From the NCBI GenBank assembly GCA_002382045.1, contig DFZJ01000125.1, positions 1 through 53,287 on the forward strand: a stretch of 53,287 bases of DNA. The letters run 5' to 3'. This stretch comes from Syntrophaceae bacterium UBA4059. GTDB taxonomy: Bacteria > Desulfobacterota > Syntrophia > Syntrophales > Smithellaceae. A model generated the notes under the pieces. It was not told the origin of the DNA. It did not search any database and saw only the letters and a program-made list of their open reading frames with translations. Position numbers and translations under genes: made by a program. Shown piece by piece: positions 18,746 through 27,114 of this stretch (position 1 is the stretch's first letter; each line of letters starts with the position of its first letter).

Positions 18746-19936
18746 TTGAAGATCGTTAAAATTAATAACTTCAACGAAGCGACTGAAATATTCCAGAAAA
18801 TCGGAGTGGATCCTTACGGAATTGACGCGATGGTGTCCAAAACACAACACGTTAATATCCTTCTTTCATCACAATCCTGTAAAGTGGCCAATATCCTGAA
18901 GCAGGAGATGCTGTCCCTGGGAGCCGATGCAGCGGTCGCGCGGGGTTCTGTTGCCTGTTCCATTGAAAAAACCGATGTTTTACTCATGGGGACGCTCAAG
19001 CAGATCCATGCTCTGGCAAAAAAAATTGAAAAGCAGCCTTTCGGGTTGAATGTCATCGCGCAGAATATTTTGAATCTGACAACTCACCTGTATAAAAACA
19101 GCTATCTGCTGAATACATCCCGACGCAAGATCATCCTGGGCGAGAAAACATTGATTATGGGGATCTTGAATGTCACACCGGATTCCTTTTCCGACGGAAA
19201 TGTTTACTTTGAACGGCAAAAAGCGATTGACCGCGCTATGCAAATGGCGGATGAAGGCGCCGATATTATCGATATCGGGGGTGAATCATCAAGACCCGGA
19301 TCAAAAACGGTCCGTGTGCGCGAGGAGATTGCCCGGGTTGTTCCTATCGTTGAAAGTTTATCGGGTAAACTGAAAATCCCCCTGTCCGTGGATACGACAA
19401 AATCGCAGGTAGCGCAAAAATCACTGGAAGCCGGCGCGGAAATCATTAATGACATCAGTTCGCTGGGTGATGGAAAAATGGCATCGGTCATCAGCAATGC
19501 GTCTGCCGCGCTCATTCTGATGCATATGAGAGGAACACCCAAAACGATGCAGACGGGCAATCTGGCCTATAACGATTTAATGCAGGAAATTAATGCTTAT
19601 CTGGAAGAGAAATGCCGCAAAGCCATTGCCGCAGGCATCGGCCGCGACCATTTAGCCGTGGATCCGGGAATCGGATTCGGAAAAACCTACGAAGATAATT
19701 GCCGGATCATAAAAAACATCAACGAAATGAAAGTCTTGGGTCTGCCTGTCCTGATCGGAACATCACGCAAAGCTTTTATCGGCAGCGTCACGGGTGGAAC
19801 ACCCGCGGAAAGAATTGACGGGACGGCAGCGACTGTTTGCGCCGCTATTATGAATGGCTGCAACATTGTCCGTGTTCATGATGTGGCTCCGATGAAAAAA
19901 GTTGCCCAAATGACGGATGCGATCATTCACGCATAG
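18746..19936 (+). CDS. folP: Dihydropteroate synthase with ~120-aa N-terminal extension
   Basis: Pterin-binding core IMGILNVTPDSFSDG...DIGGESSRPG...GFGK. TTG start without an obvious SD. Confidence 0.85.
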   Translation: MKIVKINNFNEATEIFQKIGVDPYGIDAMVSKTQHVNILLSSQSCKVANILKQEMLSLGADAAVARGSVACSIEKTDVLLMGTLKQIHALAKKIEKQPFGLNVIAQNILNLTTHLYKNSYLLNTSRRKIILGEKTLIMGILNVTPDSFSDGNVYFERQKAIDRAMQMADEGADIIDIGGESSRPGSKTVRVREEIARVVPIVESLSGKLKIPLSVDTTKSQVAQKSLEAGAEIINDISSLGDGKMASVISNASAALILMHMRGTPKTMQTGNLAYNDLMQEINAYLEEKCRKAIAAGIGRDHLAVDPGIGFGKTYEDNCRIIKNINEMKVLGLPVLIGTSRKAFIGSVTGGTPAERIDGTAATVCAAIMNGCNIVRVHDVAPMKKVAQMTDAIIHA

Positions 19937-19945
19937 AGAGAACCC

Positions 19946-20323
19946 ATGATATACGGAATCGGCATTGATCTGGTGGAAAACGAGCGCATTGAGAAAATGA
20001 TTCAAAAATGGGGAGATAAATTTTTATCACGGGTTTTTTCCGACCGGGAAATCGCTTATTGCGAACGTCATGCTCAAGCATCGGTTCATTACGGGGCGCG
20101 CTTTGCCGTTAAGGAATCATTCCTGAAGGCCATCGGGACAGGTCTTGGTCGGGGTGTGAGATTAGTGGAAATTGAAGTGGTCAATCAAGAGAGTGGAAAA
20201 CCGGAAATATTGTTGTCAGGCGGTGCACGGGAATATTTTGTGAAGGCCGGGATTGAAAAAATTCATCTGAGTATTACCCATACGAATAAATACGCATCCG
20301 CGATGGTTTTACTGGAAAAATAA
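19946..20323 (+). CDS. acpS: Holo-[acyl-carrier-protein] synthase
   Basis: MIYGIGIDLVENERI N-terminus, 125 aa, FAVKESFLKA motif. Confidence 0.85.
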   Translation: MIYGIGIDLVENERIEKMIQKWGDKFLSRVFSDREIAYCERHAQASVHYGARFAVKESFLKAIGTGLGRGVRLVEIEVVNQESGKPEILLSGGAREYFVKAGIEKIHLSITHTNKYASAMVLLEK

Positions 20324-20330
20324 TCATTTC

Positions 20331-20837
20331 ATGATAAATACACCTGACGGCATGGAAGAAATATCTGTTCTTGTTGAAATACAATCTGATAGCGCCCAAC
20401 AGACATTTGCAATAGGTTTTACTGTCGGGACAAACGCCGGGGAAGGGGATGTCTTTGCTTTATCCGGCGAACTGGGTGCGGGAAAAACCTGCTTTACGGG
20501 CGGACTGGCCCGTGGTTTGAATATCGGCGATGATTATACGATTACCAGTCCGACTTTTACACTGGTGAATGAGTATCCGGGGCGTTGCAGGCTCTACCAT
20601 TTTGATGTTTATCGATTGAATCAAATCGGTGAACTGGACGATTTGGGTTTTGATGAATATGTGTCGGGAAAAGGCGTCGTCGTTATTGAATGGGCGGAAA
20701 AAATTGCCGATGCCCTGCCGCCCGATGCCATAACAATTCATTTTACGTATCGGGATGAAAACAAAAGGACCATTAGTTTCCATGGACCTCAAAGAAGAGT
20801 TCGGGATTTAGTCAAAGATATGAAGAGGGAGGATTAG
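20331..20837 (+). CDS. tsaE: tRNA t6A biosynthesis ATPase TsaE
   Basis: LSGELGAGKTCFTGGLARGL, ITSPTFTLVNEY, HFDVYRL. Confidence 0.8.
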   Translation: MINTPDGMEEISVLVEIQSDSAQQTFAIGFTVGTNAGEGDVFALSGELGAGKTCFTGGLARGLNIGDDYTITSPTFTLVNEYPGRCRLYHFDVYRLNQIGELDDLGFDEYVSGKGVVVIEWAEKIADALPPDAITIHFTYRDENKRTISFHGPQRRVRDLVKDMKRED

Positions 20838-20840
20838 AAT

Positions 20841-22061
20841 ATGGGGGTGATTGTTCAGAAATTTGGCGGAACATCGGTAGCCAATATTGAGAAGATAAAA
20901 AATGTGGCAGCCAAGGCCATTCGCGAAAAGAACGCCGGCCATGATGTTGTTGTGGTTCTCTCCGCGATGGCTGGAGAAACCAACAGGCTGATTGATCTGG
21001 CGCATAGCGCAACGGAATCTCCGGATGAAAGAGAGTATGACTCCCTGATCTCAACGGGAGAACAGGTGACGATTACCTTACTGGCTATTGTGCTCAATTC
21101 GATGGGCTATCGTGCTCGATCGTTTCTCGGGTTTCAGGTCAAAATCTTAACAGACAAGGCCTACAAAAAAGCAAGAATATCGCTGATTGATACGGATGTC
21201 ATCCAGAAAGAAATAAAAAAAGGCACGATTGTTGTCGTGGCCGGTTTTCAGGGAGTGGATGAAGATAATAACATTACCACCCTGGGGCGAGGCGGTTCCG
21301 ATACCAGCGCGGTGGCGCTCGCCGCGGCGCTCAACGCCGAGCGATGCGATATCTTTACGGATGTTGACGGTGTTTACACAACTGACCCCAACATCTGCGC
21401 GAAAGCCCGAAGACTGGATAAAATATCCTACGACGAAATGCTGGAAATGGCGATGACCGGCGCCAAGGTTTTGCAGCCCCGCTCGGTCGAGATGGCCAAA
21501 AAATATGATGTGCCTGTTTATGTCAAATCAAGCTTTTCTGACGAAGGCGGAACACTTGTTACCAAGGAGGATAAAGATATGGAAAAAGAAGTCCTGTCGG
21601 GGATCACGTATGATCGTGATCAGGCTAAAATTACGGTCATTCATATTCCGGATAAACCGGGAATCGCCGCAAATTTATTTACAGCCTTGTCCGAACGAAA
21701 CATCAGTGTCGATATGATCATTCAAAATGCCAGCGCAGAAGGCTTTACGGATATAACCTTTACCGTGTCTAAAAAAGAAATGAAAGAAGCGCAGAAGATT
21801 GTTGAGGAGACGGCCAAAGACATTGGCGCGAAGGAAGTCACCGTGGATGATGACGTGGCAAAGGTGTCCATTATCGGTGTTGGCATGGTCAGTCATTCGG
21901 GCGTGGCGGCCAAGATGTTTAAAACCATGTCGGATGAAGCGATCAATATCATGATGATCAGTACGTCGGAAATCAAAATATCCTGTATTATCCAGCGAAA
22001 GTATACGGAACTGGCCGTCATGGCGCTTCATGATGCATTTCATCTGGAAAAGAAAAAATAA
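20841..22061 (+). CDS. lysC: Aspartate kinase
   Basis: VQKFGGTSV N-terminus, VVVLSAMAGETN, GRGGSDTSAV, two C-terminal ACT-like regions. Confidence 0.9.
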   Translation: MGVIVQKFGGTSVANIEKIKNVAAKAIREKNAGHDVVVVLSAMAGETNRLIDLAHSATESPDEREYDSLISTGEQVTITLLAIVLNSMGYRARSFLGFQVKILTDKAYKKARISLIDTDVIQKEIKKGTIVVVAGFQGVDEDNNITTLGRGGSDTSAVALAAALNAERCDIFTDVDGVYTTDPNICAKARRLDKISYDEMLEMAMTGAKVLQPRSVEMAKKYDVPVYVKSSFSDEGGTLVTKEDKDMEKEVLSGITYDRDQAKITVIHIPDKPGIAANLFTALSERNISVDMIIQNASAEGFTDITFTVSKKEMKEAQKIVEETAKDIGAKEVTVDDDVAKVSIIGVGMVSHSGVAAKMFKTMSDEAINIMMISTSEIKISCIIQRKYTELAVMALHDAFHLEKKK

Positions 22062-22064
22062 AAC

Positions 22065-22628
22065 ATGATGATGTTTGAACATCAGATAAGGGGAATCATC
22101 GCGGTTTCTATTATTTTAGCGATGATTCCCCTTGTTTATTTTTTAGCGCAAACTCAGATGAATTCAAAAAGTCCCGTCCTGTCCGTCTCCGGCCCTGAAA
22201 CGATCATTATTGAAGTCGCTGCGGAAAACAACGAGTCGGGAATCTTTTTTGCCGCACCGGGAACTTCGGTCAATCAAATATTTTCACAACTGGGGATTAA
22301 CAGAATCATTCCGGAAGACATGAAACTGGAAAGCGGAATGAAAATATGTGTTCTCCCCGGAGAAGATCACCGGGGTGTGGTCATTTTGCGGATGGACGCG
22401 GCAAAAAGATTGGCGCTGGGAATGCCCATTGATGTTAACCTGGCGAATCTTGAGGAGCTGACGTTGATTCCCGGGGTGGGAGAGGTATTGTCGGCAAATA
22501 TTATAGCGCACCGGGAGAAAATCGGACGGTTTGAAAAGTTGGAACAGTTGATGGATGTAAAAGGAATCAAAGAAAAAACCATGTCGAAGTTAATGCCCTA
22601 TCTGTATGTGGAACCGTTAACCCTTTAG
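22065..22628 (+). CDS. comEA: ComEA-family helix-hairpin-helix DNA-binding protein
   Basis: N-terminal TM segment and C-terminal VNLANLEELTLIPGVGEVLSANIIAHREKIGRFEKLEQLMDVKGI (HhH)2 motif. Confidence 0.75.
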   Translation: MMMFEHQIRGIIAVSIILAMIPLVYFLAQTQMNSKSPVLSVSGPETIIIEVAAENNESGIFFAAPGTSVNQIFSQLGINRIIPEDMKLESGMKICVLPGEDHRGVVILRMDAAKRLALGMPIDVNLANLEELTLIPGVGEVLSANIIAHREKIGRFEKLEQLMDVKGIKEKTMSKLMPYLYVEPLTL

Positions 22629-22631
22629 GAT

Positions 22632-23255
22632 TTACGTCTTACTGTAGGAATTATATAAAGCAAGGACACGCCTGACGTAATTTTGTGTTTCACGGTAAGG
22701 CGGCACGCCATAATTATACTTGGCCACAGCCCCTTCACCCGCATTGTAGGCGGCCAGCGCGAGGGTCAGGTTTCCTCCGTAAAGATTCAGAAGATAACGC
22801 AAATACCGCGCACCGCCTTCGATATTATCACCGGGATGAAAAACATCATCAACTTTCAGTGCGGAAGCCGTTTGAGGCATCAATTGCATCAGCCCTTTGG
22901 CGCCGGCGCGAGAAACAGCCCGATGATTAAAATTGGATTCCGCTTTGATGACGGCTTTAATTAAGGCGACATCCAGATTAAATTTCCCGGCGGCCTGATT
23001 AATAATTTTGTCATATTCAAGGATATTCTTGACTTTGGGAAAAAGAATCCTTTTTTCCTTGATGAGCATCACATACTTGGCCTTGGGATTGGAAGGCACA
23101 TTGGTCAAATGGATAACGCCTTCCTCATCCTCATATTTATAAATATCAGCATAAGAAGGAACCGCAGATACCAGCAGCAAAAAAAATGAAACCCAGAGAA
23201 CGGCTTGGTGCGTTCTCGGTAATTTTAAAATCTTTATGTTTATCTTATTAATCAT
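22632..23255 (-). CDS. Lytic transglycosylase (SLT domain)
   Basis: AESNFNHRAVSRAGAKGLMQLMP...AYNAGEGAV. ATG 23255 gives a signal peptide (MINKINIKILKL...VSAVPSYA). The track ORF extends 70 codons further, up to the tRNA gene. Confidence 0.75.
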   Translation of the reverse strand: MINKINIKILKLPRTHQAVLWVSFFLLLVSAVPSYADIYKYEDEEGVIHLTNVPSNPKAKYVMLIKEKRILFPKVKNILEYDKIINQAAGKFNLDVALIKAVIKAESNFNHRAVSRAGAKGLMQLMPQTASALKVDDVFHPGDNIEGGARYLRYLLNLYGGNLTLALAAYNAGEGAVAKYNYGVPPYRETQNYVRRVLALYNSYSKT

Positions 23256-23470
23256 GGTGTTATCATACGCCAATGATGTGGATTGTTCAAGCAGAAAATA
23301 GCCCTGCCAAACGATGTAAAATCCCTTGTCAACCACGGCCATCAAAGTATTTGATCGAACATTCGGGTGGGAAGCTTTAATCATCTTGCCTTGTGGATTG
23401 GTTTTTTGTTTGTTCTTGACATGATTTAGCGATGGTGGTAATGACCTCAACACCTTACGGGACATTATGT

Positions 23471-23547
23471 CGGGGCGTGGCGCAGTCTGGTAGCGTATCT
23501 GAATGGGGTTCAGAGGGCCGGTGGTTCAAATCCACTCGCCCCGACCA
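23471..23547 (+). tRNA. tRNA-Pro(GGG): tRNA-Pro (anticodon GGG)
   Basis: 77-nt cloverleaf. Acceptor CGGGGCG/CGCCCCG, D-arm GCGC-AGTCTGGTA-GCGT, anticodon stem TCTGA/TCAGA with loop AT-GGG-GT (G37), T-arm GGTGG-TTCAAAT-CCACT, encoded CCA. Confidence 0.9.
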
Positions 23548-23554
23548 ATAAAAT

Positions 23555-23595
23555 AAAAGGGAGTTAACAAACATCTGTTAACTCCCTTTTATTTT
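23555..23595 (+). terminator. Rho-independent terminator after tRNA-Pro
   Basis: 15-bp stem AAAAGGGAGTTAACA / TGTTAACTCCCTTTT, loop AACATC, T-rich tail. Confidence 0.8.
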
Positions 23596-23652
23596 GATTC
23601 AAATGATACGGCTTGAAGCGTGAATAAGAATGGAGGGGAATAACAACAGGAC

Positions 23653-23991
23653 ATGAACAATCCGCAAATCTTCCATTTCTTTCTCGGCGGTCATGATGCC
23701 GAGATGATGGGAATTAAAAACATCTTATCCAGTCATGACGACCCGTTTGAAGATGCTGATTTGCAGTGGGACAACGCAAAGGTTTCAGTTTACACGGACA
23801 AACTGGCGGCTTTACCGGTGGATTCAATCCCTGTATTCATAGAACTTGGCATGGACGCAGCTGTTCCCGACAGAAGTTGCATCATTGATCACCATGGCGA
23901 ACATGCCGGAATGAAGCAAAGTTGTTTTTTTATTTTTAATTGCGAATCGAACATAAAAAGAAGAGAGCTGCAATGCTTTTTTTATCCATAA
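23653..23991 (+). pseudogene. Probable truncated gene (N-terminal ~90 aa with DHH-phosphoesterase-like motifs, then AT-rich junk)
   Basis: FFLGGHDAEMMGI...IIDHHGEH is followed abruptly by a T-rich low-complexity tail (KQSCFFIFNCESNIKRRELQCFFYP). The family call is weak. Confidence 0.3.
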
Positions 23992-24224
23992 GCTGTAGTC
24001 AGCTCATTAAATAACTGCGTTACCAGCAGTTTAGCATTACCACTAATACCCACCGATGCTTCTCTCATTACCTCCAGTGAAATGGTGTAACTTTCATACA
24101 CATCATACGGGCATTGCAGCACTCTTCGACTTTAATGTACTGCTGTCGGTGGCTAATGTCAAGCAGCACATATTATATTGTAAAATATAGACGAAAAGAT
24201 TATAAATTATCGGCAATAAATCTC

Positions 24225-24455
24225 ATGAGGTGCTTTTTGGCGACTACCCATATTCCTGAAGCTAATCCCTTTGCTCGTAAGGTTCATCCTCTCGGAATAT
24301 ATCGAATATTTCCCATCCTTGAAACATGGCGAACGTACCGGCGCGAGTGGGTGCTGTCTGATATTTCCGCCGGACTGGTGCTGACCGCCATCCTGGTTCC
24401 TGTCGGTATGGGCTATGCCTCAGCATCAGGTTTACTGGATATCCCTGCATCATAA
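24225..24455 (+). pseudogene. 5' fragment of a SulP-family anion transporter gene
   Basis: WRTYRREWVLSDISAGLVLTAILVPVGMGYASASGL matches the conserved SulP N-terminus. The frame ends after ~76 codons, only 13 nt from a convergent gene. The rest of the transporter, including its STAS domain, is missing. Confidence 0.55.
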
Positions 24456-24468
24456 ATGATTCACAAAT

Positions 24469-24927
24469 TTAACGCGTTTTGAGGAAAGGACGGTCAGACG
24501 GCGTATTGATTGTAAGCGTAAAACGGTTTGTTCCATCGTGGAGCAGAACGTATCGCAACTCGTCGAGGCTGTCATGGGCAAGTTTCAATCCGACTGCTTC
24601 AAAAGTGGTCGAAGCAAAGGATTCTTCTTTGCCGGGCAGAAAATGTTTTTCAAGTAAACCCTGAGGTCCCTGATGCTCGACGATGATGAGCAGGACGGCA
24701 TTTTCCTGTCGGCAGGTTATGGTGATCCTCGACGGGTGTTTTTCCTGCTTGACCATTTTCAGACAATATCCAAAAACTTCCTCTAAAGCCAGCGTGGTCT
24801 TGAGTATTTCAGATTCCGCCAGGCCGCACTGCTTGCCGATATCTTCCGTAACCTTTTGTATAACCGTCAGCATGCGGATGTCTGGCATAACCGTTATGCT
24901 GATGATGTCTTTGGGGTGGCGGTACAT
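24469..24927 (-). CDS. Small anti-sigma-factor/RsbW-like GHKL-fold protein (degenerate ATP-binding motifs)
   Basis: 152 aa. The layout I.I.V..D...L..V...V......G....E...+..AL.E....C resembles HATPase_c_2 proteins, but the G1-box position reads EHQGPQG. AAGGAT SD before ATG 24927. Tentative. Confidence 0.4.
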   Translation of the reverse strand: MYRHPKDIISITVMPDIRMLTVIQKVTEDIGKQCGLAESEILKTTLALEEVFGYCLKMVKQEKHPSRITITCRQENAVLLIIVEHQGPQGLLEKHFLPGKEESFASTTFEAVGLKLAHDSLDELRYVLLHDGTNRFTLTINTPSDRPFLKTR

Positions 24928-25130
24928 GGGGAATCCTTTTTATATATTATTGGCTTTTATCTTTGCCTGTTTGAATTTTATTGTCAATAGCGGACAACAG
25001 ATATTTGAACCTTCATCAATACGGCGGGATGTTTTTTGATTGTTTGACCGCCGCCGGGGCGCCGGACGAGCAACCATACATAAACAACACATTGTCATTC
25101 CCACGAATAACCTGATGACCTGAAGGTCAG

Positions 25131-25457
25131 GTATCACTCCAGTGGGCAGGAAAACGCATTGGTCTGCGTCGCCCCTCCCTCCAAACCGGACTGGCGGATT
25201 TCCCGCATCCGGCTCTCCAGTTAGTGGTCTTACCTCCTTGAGGACTGGCGCAACAGAGCATGGGCATCCTCAAGACTAAACAGACCAAGCTCCTGATAGA
25301 ATTTATTCGGCCAGCGAAAATGATCCATTTTACCACTGATCCCTTTGGTCCTTTTGCTGCGTTTCCGCAGAATGTTGCGCAGTCGCCGTCGAATCCAGCC
25401 ATCCAGATTCCGAAACGTCCACTTGTAGCTGTGCTTGAAGTATTCAAACCAGCCGTT
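25131..25457 (-). mobile_element. 3' remnant of a group II intron (C-terminal ~75 codons of the RT/maturase ORF plus domains V-VI)
   Basis: The minus strand reads NGWFEYFKHSYKWTFRNLDGWIRRRLRNILRKRSKRTKGISGKMDHFRWPNKFYQELGLFSLEDAHALLRQSSRR* (stop 25230-25232), the hallmark C-terminus of an intron-encoded protein. Next comes GAGCCGGATGCGGGAAATCCGCCAGTCCGGTTT (25183-25215), a textbook domain V with the AGC triad and GAAA loop, then a domain VI-like stem. No RT domains lie upstream. The 3' boundary is approximate. Confidence 0.7.
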
Positions 25458-26395
25458 TACGGGTAACGATGATCAGCCATCGATGCAGAAAGGCGAAGTT
25501 TATTTCGTTTCGCCTGTGAGCCTTCCATCCACTGTTTGATGCGTCGGGCATCATCGTAACGGGCCGATTTGCCCGGCGCATCGAGCAGCACAATCAGCAT
25601 GGGACGTTTGGCCACTTTCAGCTGCATCACAAGGCAGCGGCCCGACTCATCGATAAAACCCGTTTTCGAAAGACCAATCTGCCATCGGGGATTCCGGAGC
25701 AGAACATTGGTGTTACGGAATTTTAAGTTGCGGCGGCCTAAATGCATCGTTATTTCTTCACTGGTCGTGTACTTCCGGATCAGGCTATACTGGTAAGCTG
25801 CATCCACCATCCGGACCAGGTCCCGGGCAGAGGAAATGTTGCCGTTGGAAATGCCGGTTGGATCATCAAAGCGCGTATCAGTAAGTCCCAGTAATTGCGC
25901 CTTGGCGTTCATGGCCGCGACAAAAGCGACAAGGCCGCCAGGGTATGTCCGCCCCAGAGCATGAGCCGCGCGGTTTTCGGAAGACATCAAGGCCAGCAGC
26001 AGGGCATTTCCGCGTGTGAGGCCGGCGCCAACAGGCAGGCGGGAACGGCTGTGACGGAGGGTGTCCACATCTTCAGACGCGATAGTGATCTCTTCATTAA
26101 GATTCATTTTGGCATCCAGCACGACCATGGCAGTCATCAGTTTTGTAATGGAAGCAATGGGCAGGATTAAATCTGCCTGTTTCTGAACCAAACATTCCCC
26201 GGTTCTCTGATCTTCCACCAATGCGGATGCGGAGCGTAGAATGAGTTTTTGCGGAGGTCGAACGACCTTAATTTTCGAATAGCGTTTATGGGGGACCGGT
26301 TTTGCCGACACATCTGATAATCCTGCAAAACAATGAACCAGCAGGATAGCTGCGCTCAGAATGATTCCCAGTTTAAGAAATGATGGATGCGCCAT
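25457..26395 (-). CDS. Serine-type D-Ala-D-Ala carboxy/endopeptidase (S11, PBP7/PbpG-like)
   Basis: SITKLMTA (SxxK), SSEN (SxN) and KTGF (KTG) motifs. ATG 26395 gives a signal peptide (MAHPSFLKLGIILSAAILLVHCFAGLSDVSA). Confidence 0.8.
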   Translation of the reverse strand: MAHPSFLKLGIILSAAILLVHCFAGLSDVSAKPVPHKRYSKIKVVRPPQKLILRSASALVEDQRTGECLVQKQADLILPIASITKLMTAMVVLDAKMNLNEEITIASEDVDTLRHSRSRLPVGAGLTRGNALLLALMSSENRAAHALGRTYPGGLVAFVAAMNAKAQLLGLTDTRFDDPTGISNGNISSARDLVRMVDAAYQYSLIRKYTTSEEITMHLGRRNLKFRNTNVLLRNPRWQIGLSKTGFIDESGRCLVMQLKVAKRPMLIVLLDAPGKSARYDDARRIKQWMEGSQAKRNKLRLSASMADHRYP

Positions 26396-26523
26396 ATTCT
26401 TTCTGTAAGTGTTTAAAGTATCGATTTTCAATTTCCTCTCGTCAGTGATGATGAAGTTCAAATATCTCCCGCCATAATATTCCTGTCGCCAATGACCGGA
26501 AGCAACACGTCACAAGGGATTAT

Positions 26524-26730
26524 CTACTCTTTTCCTTTCGCAGGCGATTTAAACGCGTCCTTTTTATTGGTTTTGGTATTGGATGATCCTGATGTTTCCA
26601 AGCCTGATTCGATGAGGCGCCGGATCGCTTCAGAACGCGAGTTGATGCGATTATCAAAACGATAATCGTCAATGTGCGTCAAAAGCGCATCGTCCAGGGT
26701 GATTAATATTTTCGCTTTTTCGATGGCCAT
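26524..26730 (-). CDS. Ribbon-helix-helix (CopG/Arc/MetJ-type) DNA-binding protein
   Basis: KILITLDDALLTHIDDYRFDNRINSRSEAIRRLIESGL fits a beta-alpha-alpha RHH pattern, with a Lys-rich tail. It lies 128 nt upstream of the preferred DD-peptidase start (ATG 26395), on the same strand. Confidence 0.65.
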   Translation of the reverse strand: MAIEKAKILITLDDALLTHIDDYRFDNRINSRSEAIRRLIESGLETSGSSNTKTNKKDAFKSPAKGKE

Positions 26731-27114
26731 GGTTTATATATACAGTATCATAAATATAATGTCAATAACAGATATGATAGATATTTAGTATATACGATAT
26801 ATAAGATAATCAATACCCGGGAAAAGGTGGGTGCCTGCCACCAGGGCTGCTTTGGCCATGGGCGGCGCCAGGCTGCGTTTTCCGGATTCGACCTATTTCC
26901 CGGAGGAGATCGAAATTCTGCGCTTCCTTTACACCGGTGAGGTCGCGGATAGAAGTATCATCCACATATCCTTTGTTGCCCAGGACGCCGATGGCTGTTC
27001 TTTTTTCCTTGACAGAAATCCTCCGGCCTTCTATCGTTTGCAACGAAACGATTTTTCATGCAGAAAAAGGATAGACCGCCGTTTAGAGCGCGGCGGGAAA
27101 AAAGGAGACTGAAT

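Noticed and set aside
23964-24125. Inverted repeat AGAGCTGCAATGC (23964-23976) / GCATTGCAGCACTCT (24111-24125) as MITE ends or an invertible switch
   Set aside because: The core match is only 10-13 nt, with a 2-nt indel. Matches of this length within 150 bp are expected by chance several times in 53 kb. There is no target-site duplication and no recombinase gene.
26810-27043. 77-aa minus-strand ORF between the RHH gene and prc
   Set aside because: The middle (GVLGNKGYVDDTSIRDLTGVKEAQNFDLLREIG) is vaguely HTH-like. However, the ORF lacks an SD, overlaps the prc upstream region and ends in low-complexity sequence. I treat it as a probable gene remnant rather than a feature.
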